IMG/VR virus record: IMGVR_UViG_3300025127_000020
Location: 1 to 64,000 of that record
Source: a virus
DNA length: 64,000 nucleotides
Reading direction: 5' to 3' (one strand)
Of this stretch, positions 16,705-27,200 are shown one piece after another. The notes under the pieces are model-generated. The model worked only from the letters and a program-made list of their open reading frames with translations, was not told where the DNA came from and did no database searches. Numbering within the stretch: the stretch's first letter is position 1; each line of letters begins with the position of its first letter. Position numbers and translations under genes: made by a program.

Positions 16705-17640
16705 CTAGATACTAAAAATTGCTTGTTCCAAAAATGACTCTGGTGTCATAAGTTTGGCGTTGGCTTTTCTTTTCTCAAATTCTCTTCTTGTCATCTCACC
16801 TACATCATCGTAAGGTGCTATGTCTATCTTATAGACTTCTATATCAAATGTCAACATTTTTTTTATTAAACGCATAGCCTTTGTTTCAACGTCTGGATCT
16901 AAGGCTATGTAAACTGGTGTGTCGTGTTCGACCACCTTCTTTATTAGTTTTGAATCTTCCTTTAGGGACGAGCCAAGAATAGGAACTGCATTGCCTGCAA
17001 CGATGGCGTCAAATGCTCCTTCAACTATCGTCAAGTCAGAATCAAAGTCTACATAGAGTTCGTTGAAAACAATGTCTCTGCTTGCAGGAGGATTCTTGTA
17101 TTTCATCCAGTCATTGCCGTAAGTTCTGGCAACAAAGTAGTTTACATCCCCGTCTTCGTTGAACGATGGAATAATTATTCTCTCCTTATAATCCCCTGAT
17201 GGACAATAGCCAATCTTCCACTTCAAGATGTCATCGTTGGAAACACCTCTACTGTAAAGAAATTTAAGAATAGGCTTTGTAGCCAAAGAAAGGTTCTTGG
17301 AGCACAAAGTCTTGAACTCCTCTGGCAAATCTACTCTCTGCTCTATCTTTTCTTCTATGGGTTGTTCCGTTGAGAAAATTTCCTCAAATGAAGAAATCTC
17401 CACTGAATCATCAAACTTCTTCCACTCTTGCTGATCTCTAAATGAGCCGTGCCTCTTTATAAGACGACGAACACTGTTTCCCCTATAAAAACAGACCCAA
17501 CACTGAAACTTGTTTTTGTCAAGATTTACAGATAGTTTCTTCTTGTGGTGATTACACTTTGGACAAAAGAATAAAATCTCGTCGCCTGTGTGATAGTGTG
17601 CTCCAAGAACTTTCTTAAGGATTGCTACTTTGCTTGACAA
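16705..17640 (-). CDS. DNA primase (Zn finger plus TOPRIM)
   Basis: CPKC...H...CWVC zinc-binding domain, RIIIP, KYKNP, IVEGAFDA and DPD TOPRIM motifs. Confidence 0.9.
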   Translation of the reverse strand: MSSKVAILKKVLGAHYHTGDEILFFCPKCNHHKKKLSVNLDKNKFQCWVCFYRGNSVRRLIKRHGSFRDQQEWKKFDDSVEISSFEEIFSTEQPIEEKIEQRVDLPEEFKTLCSKNLSLATKPILKFLYSRGVSNDDILKWKIGYCPSGDYKERIIIPSFNEDGDVNYFVARTYGNDWMKYKNPPASRDIVFNELYVDFDSDLTIVEGAFDAIVAGNAVPILGSSLKEDSKLIKKVVEHDTPVYIALDPDVETKAMRLIKKMLTFDIEVYKIDIAPYDDVGEMTRREFEKRKANAKLMTPESFLEQAIFSI

Positions 17641-17668
17641 TTATAAAACCTTATTATTATTTTTTTAC

Positions 17669-17697
17669 ACTATAACAAAGAAGAAATAGAAAGTCAA
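17669..17697 (-). promoter_or_regulatory. Sigma70-type promoter for primase and sbcDC
   Basis: TTGACT-17 nt-TATAGT with an extended -10 TG. Confidence 0.7.
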
Positions 17698-18209
17698 GAG
17701 TTTTTTTGATAAAAACCTGCCTTTGCAATTACCCAACTATCTGCCTTGTCAAAAGAGTTGGGTTTTGGATTTCCATGCTTAGTGTATTCTACCATAAACT
17801 TTGGCTCGTTGTCAAGCACAAATTGTAAAACAACTGGTTTGGCTTTCTCTCCTTTTGGAACTTTGATTCCGCAGAGTTTTCTTGCAGATGTTGCTGCAAT
17901 GTAGGTAGGTTCTTTGTGCCACAAAGAATAGCACATCCAACTTACAACTCCGTTGAACCTTGATAGAGTCGATAAAGTCTTTGCAGATGAGAATCCTGAA
18001 CGGAAAGACTGAAGTGATTGTTCTATTACAATCTGGTCTACTGAGTGTTTCCTAGAAAGATCTTTTAGAAAAGATTTAATAGCTTCAGCTTTTTGAAAGA
18101 AATTCTTATTCTTCCTTGTGTCAACTGAAGAAATAAAAATAACTTCTCCTTCTTTATCTAGTAATGTTATGCCTGTGATGCTAGTTGAGATGTCTAATCC
18201 TAAAATCAT
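17694..18209 (-). CDS. RuvC-like Holliday junction resolvase
   Basis: MILGLDISTSITG, VIEQ and DKADS acidic catalytic pattern of the RNase H fold. Confidence 0.85.
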   Translation of the reverse strand: MILGLDISTSITGITLLDKEGEVIFISSVDTRKNKNFFQKAEAIKSFLKDLSRKHSVDQIVIEQSLQSFRSGFSSAKTLSTLSRFNGVVSWMCYSLWHKEPTYIAATSARKLCGIKVPKGEKAKPVVLQFVLDNEPKFMVEYTKHGNPKPNSFDKADSWVIAKAGFYQKNS

Positions 18210-19441
18210 TAAAAGTCCAATTTCATTTTAAATGTGTAAGCTCTTGATTCTGTCTTCTTTACAGGAGTGGCGAGTTTTGCAACTGCAATTAAATTTTTGT
18301 GTTCATCGTAAATGCCGATCTTTGAAATGTAAGTAACCTTTTCAAAAGAACCTGAAGTATTTGGGTAGAAAGATTTAACGACATTCGCAATCTCTTTCTC
18401 TTTATTTTGATCAAACTTTTTATTTTCTTGCTCGAAAGCGCAATTTCCAAGCTCTGTAGATGCGTCCTGTTGTCCAAACTTTATAAAAGTAGGATTGTTT
18501 GAATGATTTAGCTCGCCCTCTGGAGCATGAGCTAACATTGTCATAACTGGAACATAATTAGTTCCTTTACACTCTAACGACCAGGATGAGGATGGACAAA
18601 ATGATGCTGGAGTGGATGGTGAGGCAAAATCCTTGTTTCCCCAGAACAACCATTTGGGAGCGACATTAACTGTGTCTTCTATGAATTCGTCAGTGTAAGT
18701 GTCTATGATATCCCATGAGCCTGTTATGGACACAAAACCTTCATTATAGAGAACAACGCCTGCCACCTTGCCAGCGTTTGCATCATTTGGTAAAGTTTGA
18801 ATTAACTCTCCGTTCCTTTTCTTGTCTTCCAGAGTGCCAATTAAAGATCCAGTCACATAAAAATTCATCTTGACAGTGCCCTTCTTAATTGAAGATCCAT
18901 AGAAAATAGCAGGAACGGAAACAAGTTTAACAGCCTGTGTAGACTTATCCCATGTTCCCGTAGCGTTCTCAGAACTATAAGCGTAGTGCGGGCTGTGACC
19001 TTTATAAAAATTAAAAACATTTTTTAATGCTTTTACTTTTCTACGAACAGAATCTGAAGCTGGAAAATATTCCGTTACGATAGAAGATGAAAGTGGATAA
19101 GACCCACTCATCTTGTCTCCAAAACCGAAAGTGTGAAAAGTCTCTGTTGAAACAGTCTTGAAAGATGTGAGGCTTCCCTGCTTTGTGATGAACGGATAGA
19201 TTAAGCTAGGATTATCGTTTTCTGGGTCATGTGTTGACTCGTCTCTATTGACATTCATCTCATAAAGACTTATGTTGCCTTGAGGAACGTGAGTGACAGT
19301 CTTCGTTGCGCCGTGGGTGTTTTGGGCAAGAATCTCTTTATTATAAAAAGTTTTTGTGTCAGCTATTAAAAAATGAATTCTAGGGTGCGTCTTCAACCTG
19401 TTGTTGAAAATGTCATTCTGCTCAAACTTATAAAAAGACAT
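18209..19441 (-). CDS. Baseplate/tail structural protein (paralogue of 19461-20684)
   Basis: SIKKG, G.VLYNEG, NHSNNPTF and YISKIGIYDEHKNLIAVAKLATPVKK are shared with the neighbour. Confidence 0.7.
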   Translation of the reverse strand: MSFYKFEQNDIFNNRLKTHPRIHFLIADTKTFYNKEILAQNTHGATKTVTHVPQGNISLYEMNVNRDESTHDPENDNPSLIYPFITKQGSLTSFKTVSTETFHTFGFGDKMSGSYPLSSSIVTEYFPASDSVRRKVKALKNVFNFYKGHSPHYAYSSENATGTWDKSTQAVKLVSVPAIFYGSSIKKGTVKMNFYVTGSLIGTLEDKKRNGELIQTLPNDANAGKVAGVVLYNEGFVSITGSWDIIDTYTDEFIEDTVNVAPKWLFWGNKDFASPSTPASFCPSSSWSLECKGTNYVPVMTMLAHAPEGELNHSNNPTFIKFGQQDASTELGNCAFEQENKKFDQNKEKEIANVVKSFYPNTSGSFEKVTYISKIGIYDEHKNLIAVAKLATPVKKTESRAYTFKMKLDF

Positions 19442-19460
19442 CTAGGCATCCTCGCACAAA

Positions 19461-20684
19461 TTAATAATCAAGGCGAACACGAAGCGTAATGTCGTTTGTT
19501 GGATCCTTACGAAGTGGTTCTGATAATTTAGCTACTGCTAAAAGTTCATTTTCTGAAGAGTAGAGACCAACAGTCGTGATGTATGAAACAGGTGCGTCTG
19601 TAGATTTATTCTTCACAACAACCTTGCTGTTAGAAAGGTAAGTTGGGTTTGAACTATAGTTGAAGTCGTTATGATTGACTCTACAAAAGTAAATCGTTGA
19701 ATTTAGTTCAGTTGTGTTGTTAAAGCAGACTTTCAACATTCTTTGTCGAAGTGCATTTGAAAGTTTATCCATGTTCTTTGAAGCATGGTTCATTAGCTGC
19801 AAAACGTTGTGGTTATCAGTGTCCATGTTACAATTGGCAGAAGCAAGAATTCCCTTCGAATTTGTGGTAGCGTCATAAGCCATGAAAACTTCTGGAGACA
19901 AGGCAACAATGCCTGCCTGATAATAAATCAAACCAACATAAGGAATTTTTGCGGGGGTACTATCCCAGTAGGTGTTCAATCCGTTGGTGCCGACAGACCC
20001 GCCTGATGCTGTAACCCTTAAAAGACCGAACTCACCTGCTGGAGAGTTTACTTTATAATTCGTTGCTGCACCTTCGTCTTTTATTGTAATTGTAGAAGTG
20101 TGCTGGTCGGTGCCACTTGATGGATTTGCTTCATTGAAGCCGCTACCCGTTCCCAAATGTAACTCAAATGACCCTTTCTTAATCTCGTCTTTTCCTAACA
20201 ATCTAGCAAAATTGATAAACATAAGAGCATTATAGTTCAGTTCGTCACCTGAATCTGACAGATCGCCATCGATGTCAAATTTTCGAATCGAACCATCGAC
20301 ATTGTGACCAACTAAAACTTGTGCCATTTGGTTATAAATGTTTTTTCTTTTATTAACAAAAGGATGAGAATTGATTGTTCCTAAAGATGTTACCTGATCG
20401 TAAGCTGCGCCATCAGATTTTGTTCCAGTCACACCCTTTGTAGCGAAGTCTGCATGGTGACCATGCGTAAGGTCAAAAATGTGATTTGCAGATGAACTCT
20501 GATAAGGGTAGTCATAAACTGACTGAAACATCCCGTGCGAATAAGTCTTCACATGTGATGTTGCTGCCGTTGGCTCATCATAGGAGCCTGAGATAATTGA
20601 TCCTGTGATTGGAATCGATTCGTGAAGTAACGTTCTTGTGCTTGTTACATCATCGTTAATAAATGTCTTAAATGTACTTGCCAT
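19461..20684 (-). CDS. Baseplate/tail structural protein
   Basis: EIKKGSF, GLIYYQAG, FNYSSNPTY and YITTVGLYSSENELLAVAKLSEPLRK...RLDY. Confidence 0.7.
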   Translation of the reverse strand: MASTFKTFINDDVTSTRTLLHESIPITGSIISGSYDEPTAATSHVKTYSHGMFQSVYDYPYQSSSANHIFDLTHGHHADFATKGVTGTKSDGAAYDQVTSLGTINSHPFVNKRKNIYNQMAQVLVGHNVDGSIRKFDIDGDLSDSGDELNYNALMFINFARLLGKDEIKKGSFELHLGTGSGFNEANPSSGTDQHTSTITIKDEGAATNYKVNSPAGEFGLLRVTASGGSVGTNGLNTYWDSTPAKIPYVGLIYYQAGIVALSPEVFMAYDATTNSKGILASANCNMDTDNHNVLQLMNHASKNMDKLSNALRQRMLKVCFNNTTELNSTIYFCRVNHNDFNYSSNPTYLSNSKVVVKNKSTDAPVSYITTVGLYSSENELLAVAKLSEPLRKDPTNDITLRVRLDY

Positions 20685-20698
20685 TATTTTTTATCCTC

Positions 20699-21637
20699 TT
20701 AAACTGTCTTCATGAACCTAACTGGAATGTCAATGCTTCTACCAGTTGTTGCCCCTGTTACCTTGACAATCGAATCTATGAACTTGTAAGTTTCAGCAAC
20801 ACCATCGCCTTTAGCATCGAAGGTTTTTGAACTTCCAAGTTCATCAAACAAAAATTCAGAAGAGTTAAGATCTAGGGATGCAATAATCTTAAATTGTAGC
20901 ATTGTTCCTACTGGACCTCGAATTGCATTGGTTTCGTTGAGCGAATCTGGTATGTCCATTTGTTGAATAAATTGAGAATCCGTGTTACTTGAAAGGTAAT
21001 AGCTTGCAATGTTGTCGTCATCTTTAAATGAAATTGTCGCTTGTTGTGGCTTGGGTGAAGCTGAAACAATTCTACCAAAGCGATCATCAATTTGAATTAT
21101 ATATTGTGTTTCTATAAGATCTGTTTGCAAAGGTCTTTTAAATGAAATCTCTGTTGTGTCTAGCCCTTGGTCAACTCTAATGCTGCCACCTCTCGTGCCC
21201 TCGTGACCATCCATGTGTCCCTGTTGCTGACAAAGATTATCGAGCGTGTCTTTATCTACAGAAACGATAAATGATCCGCTTGCCAAGGCAGAATTGTTAT
21301 TTCTTGCGTTGCCTGCTCTTCCAGTGCTCGCACCTTCGTTTAGTTTTAGAACTGGGAGAAATAAAAGATTGGTCTGAGGAATAGACACTAGTCTATGCTT
21401 CATTAAAGAAGTATTATTAGTAAAAGCCTCTAACACTGGTGTCTGCATGATTTCTAAATCATAGTATGCTGAGCCACTGGGGTGAGATTTATTATAAAGA
21501 TTATAATCAATCTCATCATCGGCAAGTGCAAACTTAACAACTTTGAAAGTTCCATCACCCTTTGCCAATCTCATTCTTCCAGTGTCAGTTAAAACTGCGT
21601 CAAGAATGATATCACCTGAATTATCTAAAAATGCCAT
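20699..21637 (-). CDS. Baseplate/tail structural protein
   Basis: N-terminal ILDAVLTDTGRMRLAKG...KFALADDEIDY, similar to the N-terminus of 27858-28895; late-type motif upstream. Confidence 0.7.
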   Translation of the reverse strand: MAFLDNSGDIILDAVLTDTGRMRLAKGDGTFKVVKFALADDEIDYNLYNKSHPSGSAYYDLEIMQTPVLEAFTNNTSLMKHRLVSIPQTNLLFLPVLKLNEGASTGRAGNARNNNSALASGSFIVSVDKDTLDNLCQQQGHMDGHEGTRGGSIRVDQGLDTTEISFKRPLQTDLIETQYIIQIDDRFGRIVSASPKPQQATISFKDDDNIASYYLSSNTDSQFIQQMDIPDSLNETNAIRGPVGTMLQFKIIASLDLNSSEFLFDELGSSKTFDAKGDGVAETYKFIDSIVKVTGATTGRSIDIPVRFMKTV

Positions 21638-21657
21638 TTTATTCTATCCTCCGCATT

Positions 21658-21665
21658 ATAATTAG
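21658..21665 (-). promoter_or_regulatory. Putative late promoter CTAATTAT
   Basis: 20 nt upstream of start 21637. Confidence 0.6.
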
Positions 21666-21708
21666 TTTTTATTATAGAAATAACGCCTCAATCATAAAAA
21701 AATTATCT

Positions 21709-24168
21709 TTACTGCCGTGTTGGTAATTTCTCGTGATCGAAAGTAAAATTAAAATCAACTTTTTTTCCTGATGATTTGGAAGTTAACCTAACTTTAAAAT
21801 TTTGACCCCAAATTTTTGCTTGACCTTGCTGACCCAAATAAATGTTTTGGAGTTCGCTGCCTATTATGGTAGATTTCCGTAAATCACCTAAGCCACTTCG
21901 CTCCTCATCGATCTCAGTTTGTAAAACAGCGGGTTTTATGTGAATTAGTCTTTTAACAGGTTTTGTAGGATGCTTTGGTTCAGGATCATTAAACTCAACT
22001 GTTCTTATCAAAGGGTAGACGGCACCTGAATCAGAAACTAATTCTACCTCGTAGACAAAAGATGGATAAGAATAGTGATCGTGAATGTCTATTGATTTGA
22101 AGCAGTAATAATATTTTTTATTCGGTTTAATTTTATCGTCTAGTGCAACAGATGGATATCGACCTGTGGAAATTTCTCTTATTAAAGATGATTGAAAATC
22201 TTGATAATTTTTTGGTTTAGATTCCATTCTATAAACTATGAAACTGCGAGCGGCGTCATCTGATTCAAATCTTACCTTTTCATCTTCTTCGATGTCTTGT
22301 GCGATTCTAAGTTTTTCTATCTCTTCTCCCTCTTCTTGTTCTATAGAAATTGGATGAAAATCATAACTACCAACACCAGATGTTAAGAATATTCTAATTT
22401 TATCTTGAACACCTCTGAAAGGGATGATTTCTACTTCAGGAGCAACAGGTGGGTTATCCATAATAATAACATGTTTCTGAAAAATTTCAACTTCCATGAG
22501 CATCATAGTTGGAACAGATTTCACCACTACAGAGCCGACAACACCTGACGATGGAGGTGTTTGGATTACAGGACCAATTTCTTTAATATCAATTTTATAA
22601 CGACTACCAATGATCAAATTATAAGAATAAATTTTGTAAGTGTAAGATTTTCCGTATTTAACTTGAGAATCAATAAACATTACTCGTTTTGCCTCTTCAA
22701 TGTTAGAAAAGTAGAAAGATTGAACTGGTTGTAGGTTTAGATTATCTTGTTGTTCAGAACCAACATGTTTATCTACTTTGTAGAAAACAATTTCATTATA
22801 ACACTTTGTTCCAGCTAGAATGTCTGAATAATTTCTTACTTTCTCCTGCTTAAGTTTATCAAACCTTCCTTTGGAAATTAATTCCATTAAGTTGTAAAAG
22901 AATTCGGACTGTTCGTCTCTAACCGCTGCTTCACCTTGGTTCATAACAATCATGTTTGCAATCTGACTTCTTCTTGTTTCTTTAAAATTTTGGATCCAGT
23001 TATCAAAATCGAAAAGTCTTTTTGTTCCAAAAGCAACCTCAGTGTTATAGCCAGAACTGATTTTTGCGAATTTATCTTTATAACGAGGTAAAGTTTGACC
23101 TTCAAAGGTTTCCATCGTCGCCAAAGAATTATCGTTCGTTGCTTTAATAACATCTTGCTGAAGTTCTGAGATTAATTCTACTTCCGAAAGAAATGAGGCA
23201 ACTACACTATTTGATGTGGTCTTAAATTCTAAATCAACAAACATGGGAAAAATCTGTTTATTTTTATTTTTAGACTCAAAAAGAGAAACGTCTTTGTGAG
23301 AAAAGATAACATTTTTAAATTTACTTATCTGTGATTGATAAGAGTCGCTTTCAGACCACTCGAAAGCCTCTAGAACCCATTTATTAAAATATTGACCTAC
23401 TGGTCTTATTCTCTGCTCCTTTTTTGAATCCAAACCTCTACTGTAGAAAATTCCATTTACTGAACGTTGGTTAATTCTTCCATCTAAAGTCAAGATCCTT
23501 CTAAGGTCAGTTCTCTCAAATGTGTTCTGTGATTCATAAAAGGCATAAAAATTTGGCAATGCCTCTTCACTAAACCTTCCATGATGAGTTTCATAGTTTT
23601 CTTGATAATAATTGTAATCTGACTTTATTTTCGCATAAAGATGAGGACTAAGCGAACTTTCTGTTATCTCCTTTTCTTCCACTAAAGTGTCGAACACACA
23701 ACAATGATCAGAAAATACTTGTTTCGAAAAATCACCCTCCATCAATCTTAAGATTTTTTCTACATTAGAAGGGTCTTCTTCCATAAAGTAAAAGTGCTCT
23801 TCTATCGAAAGATTACCGTTTGTGTCTATGGTTTCTTTAGATAATTCTCTGTCTTTTAAAAATTCAACAAATGTTCCAGAACCTTCAGTGTTTATTGGAT
23901 AATAAATGTGACCAGCGAGGTCGAGCTTAGTTGTCCAAAATGCTCCAGATAGTTCACGAATCGGGTCTTTAACAACCTCAGTTTGATTAATGTTTTGTGC
24001 GTTATCTTTTTCAACAACAAAAAGAGGAAAGCCAAAGTTTGTTTCTTCGAGCGTGTTTGTTGATGCTCGAAGTTCATCTCTTTCTATTTTTCTAGAGTTT
24101 GAGGGATCTCTCCTTTCCCTAATTCTTCTAACTCTTTCAATTTTTTCTATAACTTCAACTGGTCGCAT
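21709..24168 (-). CDS. Large structural-module protein, possibly with Fn3/Ig-like C-terminal domains
   Basis: 819-aa ORF; DSQVKYGKSYTYKIY and DDKIKPNKKYYYCFKSID resemble Fn3 strands; late-type motif upstream. Confidence 0.55.
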   Translation of the reverse strand: MRPVEVIEKIERVRRIRERRDPSNSRKIERDELRASTNTLEETNFGFPLFVVEKDNAQNINQTEVVKDPIRELSGAFWTTKLDLAGHIYYPINTEGSGTFVEFLKDRELSKETIDTNGNLSIEEHFYFMEEDPSNVEKILRLMEGDFSKQVFSDHCCVFDTLVEEKEITESSLSPHLYAKIKSDYNYYQENYETHHGRFSEEALPNFYAFYESQNTFERTDLRRILTLDGRINQRSVNGIFYSRGLDSKKEQRIRPVGQYFNKWVLEAFEWSESDSYQSQISKFKNVIFSHKDVSLFESKNKNKQIFPMFVDLEFKTTSNSVVASFLSEVELISELQQDVIKATNDNSLATMETFEGQTLPRYKDKFAKISSGYNTEVAFGTKRLFDFDNWIQNFKETRRSQIANMIVMNQGEAAVRDEQSEFFYNLMELISKGRFDKLKQEKVRNYSDILAGTKCYNEIVFYKVDKHVGSEQQDNLNLQPVQSFYFSNIEEAKRVMFIDSQVKYGKSYTYKIYSYNLIIGSRYKIDIKEIGPVIQTPPSSGVVGSVVVKSVPTMMLMEVEIFQKHVIIMDNPPVAPEVEIIPFRGVQDKIRIFLTSGVGSYDFHPISIEQEEGEEIEKLRIAQDIEEDEKVRFESDDAARSFIVYRMESKPKNYQDFQSSLIREISTGRYPSVALDDKIKPNKKYYYCFKSIDIHDHYSYPSFVYEVELVSDSGAVYPLIRTVEFNDPEPKHPTKPVKRLIHIKPAVLQTEIDEERSGLGDLRKSTIIGSELQNIYLGQQGQAKIWGQNFKVRLTSKSSGKKVDFNFTFDHEKLPTRQ

Positions 24169-24188
24169 GTAATAACCTCTCTTACAAC

Positions 24189-24196
24189 ATAAATAG
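24189..24196 (-). promoter_or_regulatory. Putative late promoter CTATTTAT
   Basis: 20 nt upstream of start 24168. Confidence 0.65.
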
Positions 24197-24222
24197 AATT
24201 AACTTAATAATTGCTATCAGAA

Positions 24223-27200
24223 TTAGTAATCACTAAACATGCCACGAACGGCACCAAAGATGCTCGTGGCGGCTTCTCCTGCGTCGTTGAGTGGCTCTTG
24301 TCGTCTTTCCCTTTCTGCTCTTCGTTCTTCTCTTCGTCTTTCCGCTTCTGCTTCATCTAGCCTTCTCAAATGTTCTAACTCCGCCATTTCCCTCAACCAC
24401 TCACGATAAGAAGCCATTATACCTTCTGAACTGGGTCTGGTAATTCCATATTGTTGAGTAATGTTGCCCATTTCTATGAGCACACTCATGAGTCTTCCTC
24501 TCCTGCCTCGGTTTTCATTAAATAAAGCGTTCCTTTCTTCGGTAGCCATGTCAGCCTCAAGCATGCCAGACCAGCCTCTGGCATTTTGAATAATGTCTGT
24601 AAGTTCATCAATCCGAGATTGGACCAGATCAACCTCTCTTCGTAGCTGTCTTTCTAGTTTATAAAGCTCGTCAAACCTTTTCTGTGCATCTGCTTTAGAC
24701 ATGAGCATTTGAGCCGTGTCGATAGCTGCTTGCTCTCTTGCTTGCTCTTGTCTGGCAAAATCGACTCCTTGTGTCAGAACCAATTCTTGCTCTTCTGCCC
24801 TTCTTAGCTCGTCTTCAAGCCTATCTATTACAACTTCTCCCTCGTTCTTTGCTGGAGGTCTAATAATAAAATAAGAATCGTAAATTGGTAATTCTAAGTT
24901 TTCATGAACCTTTACGCCTAACTCTTTTATTGTAGATTTCTTTAATCTACACAACATTTCCTCTCCCCTAGAAGATAAGAATTTAGATGCCGTTAGAGGC
25001 TTCCAAATAGGTTCTTTGATCATTTTAAAGTTTTTTCTCATTCTGCTGTTCTCGAAATAAAGATTATCATCTCCGAATCCGCTTAAATATTCTACAGACA
25101 TAAGAAAGTTAAAGTTTATTCTGAACTTCGAAGGAGAAGGCGGCACATCTGCATCTACAAACCTAACCTTAGATGCATCAGACTCAAATAAAAAGAGAGA
25201 CTGAATCTGTAATGGTAAGTTTTTAAAGTTTTTCTTTAATTCCTTTGGTAGAACTGAAAACTGCTTGAACCTTTGAATGGGATGCACGGGTTGTTCGTAG
25301 TCATTAAAATTTAGTTTTTGATCAATTCCTTTTACAATCGATTCTTTGAATATTCTTGTGAATTTACTTTGACCGTATTCATGTGGTTTTGAAACTGGTG
25401 GATCTTTTCTAATGTCTGTTATTTTTGTGGTTGTAAATGTTGATCGCTGTGAACTGGACAACTCTTCTTCTGGTGTTAAGTCTTCCTTTTCTAGCATCTT
25501 TACAATTCCATTTTCAATATACCAGCCGTTTAGCGCATCGATTGGCGACTGTCGAATGTTTCTATTTGTGATAACACAAGTTGGAACCTTTTCAACCTTT
25601 CTTTCCCCTATTTCACTATTTATCAATAACGCCTCTTCGGACTCTTCGTAAAATGAAACACCCATTTGAGAAAAATAATCCCTCTCTCCTTCGTTGGATG
25701 ATAAAATAGCCTCTTCACTCTGAAGGGTTCTTTCTTCTGAAGAATTTACTTCAAGTTCAATTGGTTCTGAAGTCTCATTGCCCAATAAAATAAATGATGG
25801 TGTCAGGTAAGAAGAATTTATTCCTCGAATATCTATAGCCTCTTCCTGTGCGATAGAACCATCTGAAGGAGGATTAAATGATGGGTTTGGAGATGAGTAA
25901 AATCTATCTATTTCAGACTGGACCCTCTGCTGCCAAACTGACGAATCTACAACTCTTAAACCGATCTTAGATTCTTGTCCTGAAAAGCCTAAACTTCTTG
26001 AAACTTCTCTAACTCTTTCTTGCAAATCATTTTCAACGCTTGTGGGATCCCTGAGTTCTTGCAAGATATCTGCTGCTCTTTCGTCCGTGGGGTTCACCAA
26101 GAACTCTAGACCCTTGCCTTTATCTACATTAGAGTCAAAAGTGTGATTAGTAAAAAACTTCGAATCTTTTATAGAAAACCTCTCTGATGACGAGATCTTC
26201 CCAGATTTGCGAGACGGTTCAAAATAAGTTGACTCATCGTTAGTTACCCTCTCTAGCTTAGAAATTATAGAATCCATAGATTTAACTAATTGATCTGCAT
26301 AAGCAGGAGATCTATAAATTGCCGACATTGACATAAAAATCTCTGAATCTGGTGGAATGGCAAGCATTGACAATATAGTAACATAAGACCTAAAAACTTT
26401 TAATATTTTTTGTCTTTCTTCTTCCGAAAAAGCGAAGTTTCTAACGTAAGTGTTTGTAACAACATCATAAGCATAATCTTTAACTGGGACCGCTTGATTC
26501 ATTTTTTCTAAAATTTCAATTAATCCAGAACGTGCTTCAAAAATAGTATTCTTTATTTCAATTAAAAACTTTCTTGTTCCATCGATAACATTAACTTCAA
26601 CACCGTATTGATATAATCCGTCTGTTATTGTTTTCATAGATTTATCATTTGCTGTAAAATATCTAATAGAAGAATAATAATTTTCATCTGTAGAAATTAA
26701 AGATTCACGAATAGATGCGTGCTCTCCGTCAATCCTCTTAAATCCTCCAGATGTTTCTCCAGACATGACTAGCGCCTCACGTTTTTTATTATTGTCAAAA
26801 TTTGTGTAACCTTTCACTTGACTTCCAAGTTTATTTTGAACGTTTGTCGGTCTAACCCTTTTTCTTAAAAGTTTTATTGATTGAACTTTACAGTGTGACA
26901 AAAGTTCTCTTTGCATTATTTCTGGCATTCTATCCAACAATTTACCGAATGCTCCCTTTGCTCTTATCATCTCCTTCAAATCAATTGCAAACATTAATTT
27001 TGCTTCGCCATCTAAACTTCTAGAAAGCCAAATTTCAGAATAAAAATCTTTTTTTAGATTTTCAATAGAAGAGCGATTACCTGGACTTATTTCTTCCTGT
27101 AAGTTGTGAAAGATAGAATCATCTATTTCGAACTTTTCAAATGAGGTAAATGTTCGAAAATCTTGAATTTTATTATTGCTGACAACTCTGGAAATTAAAG

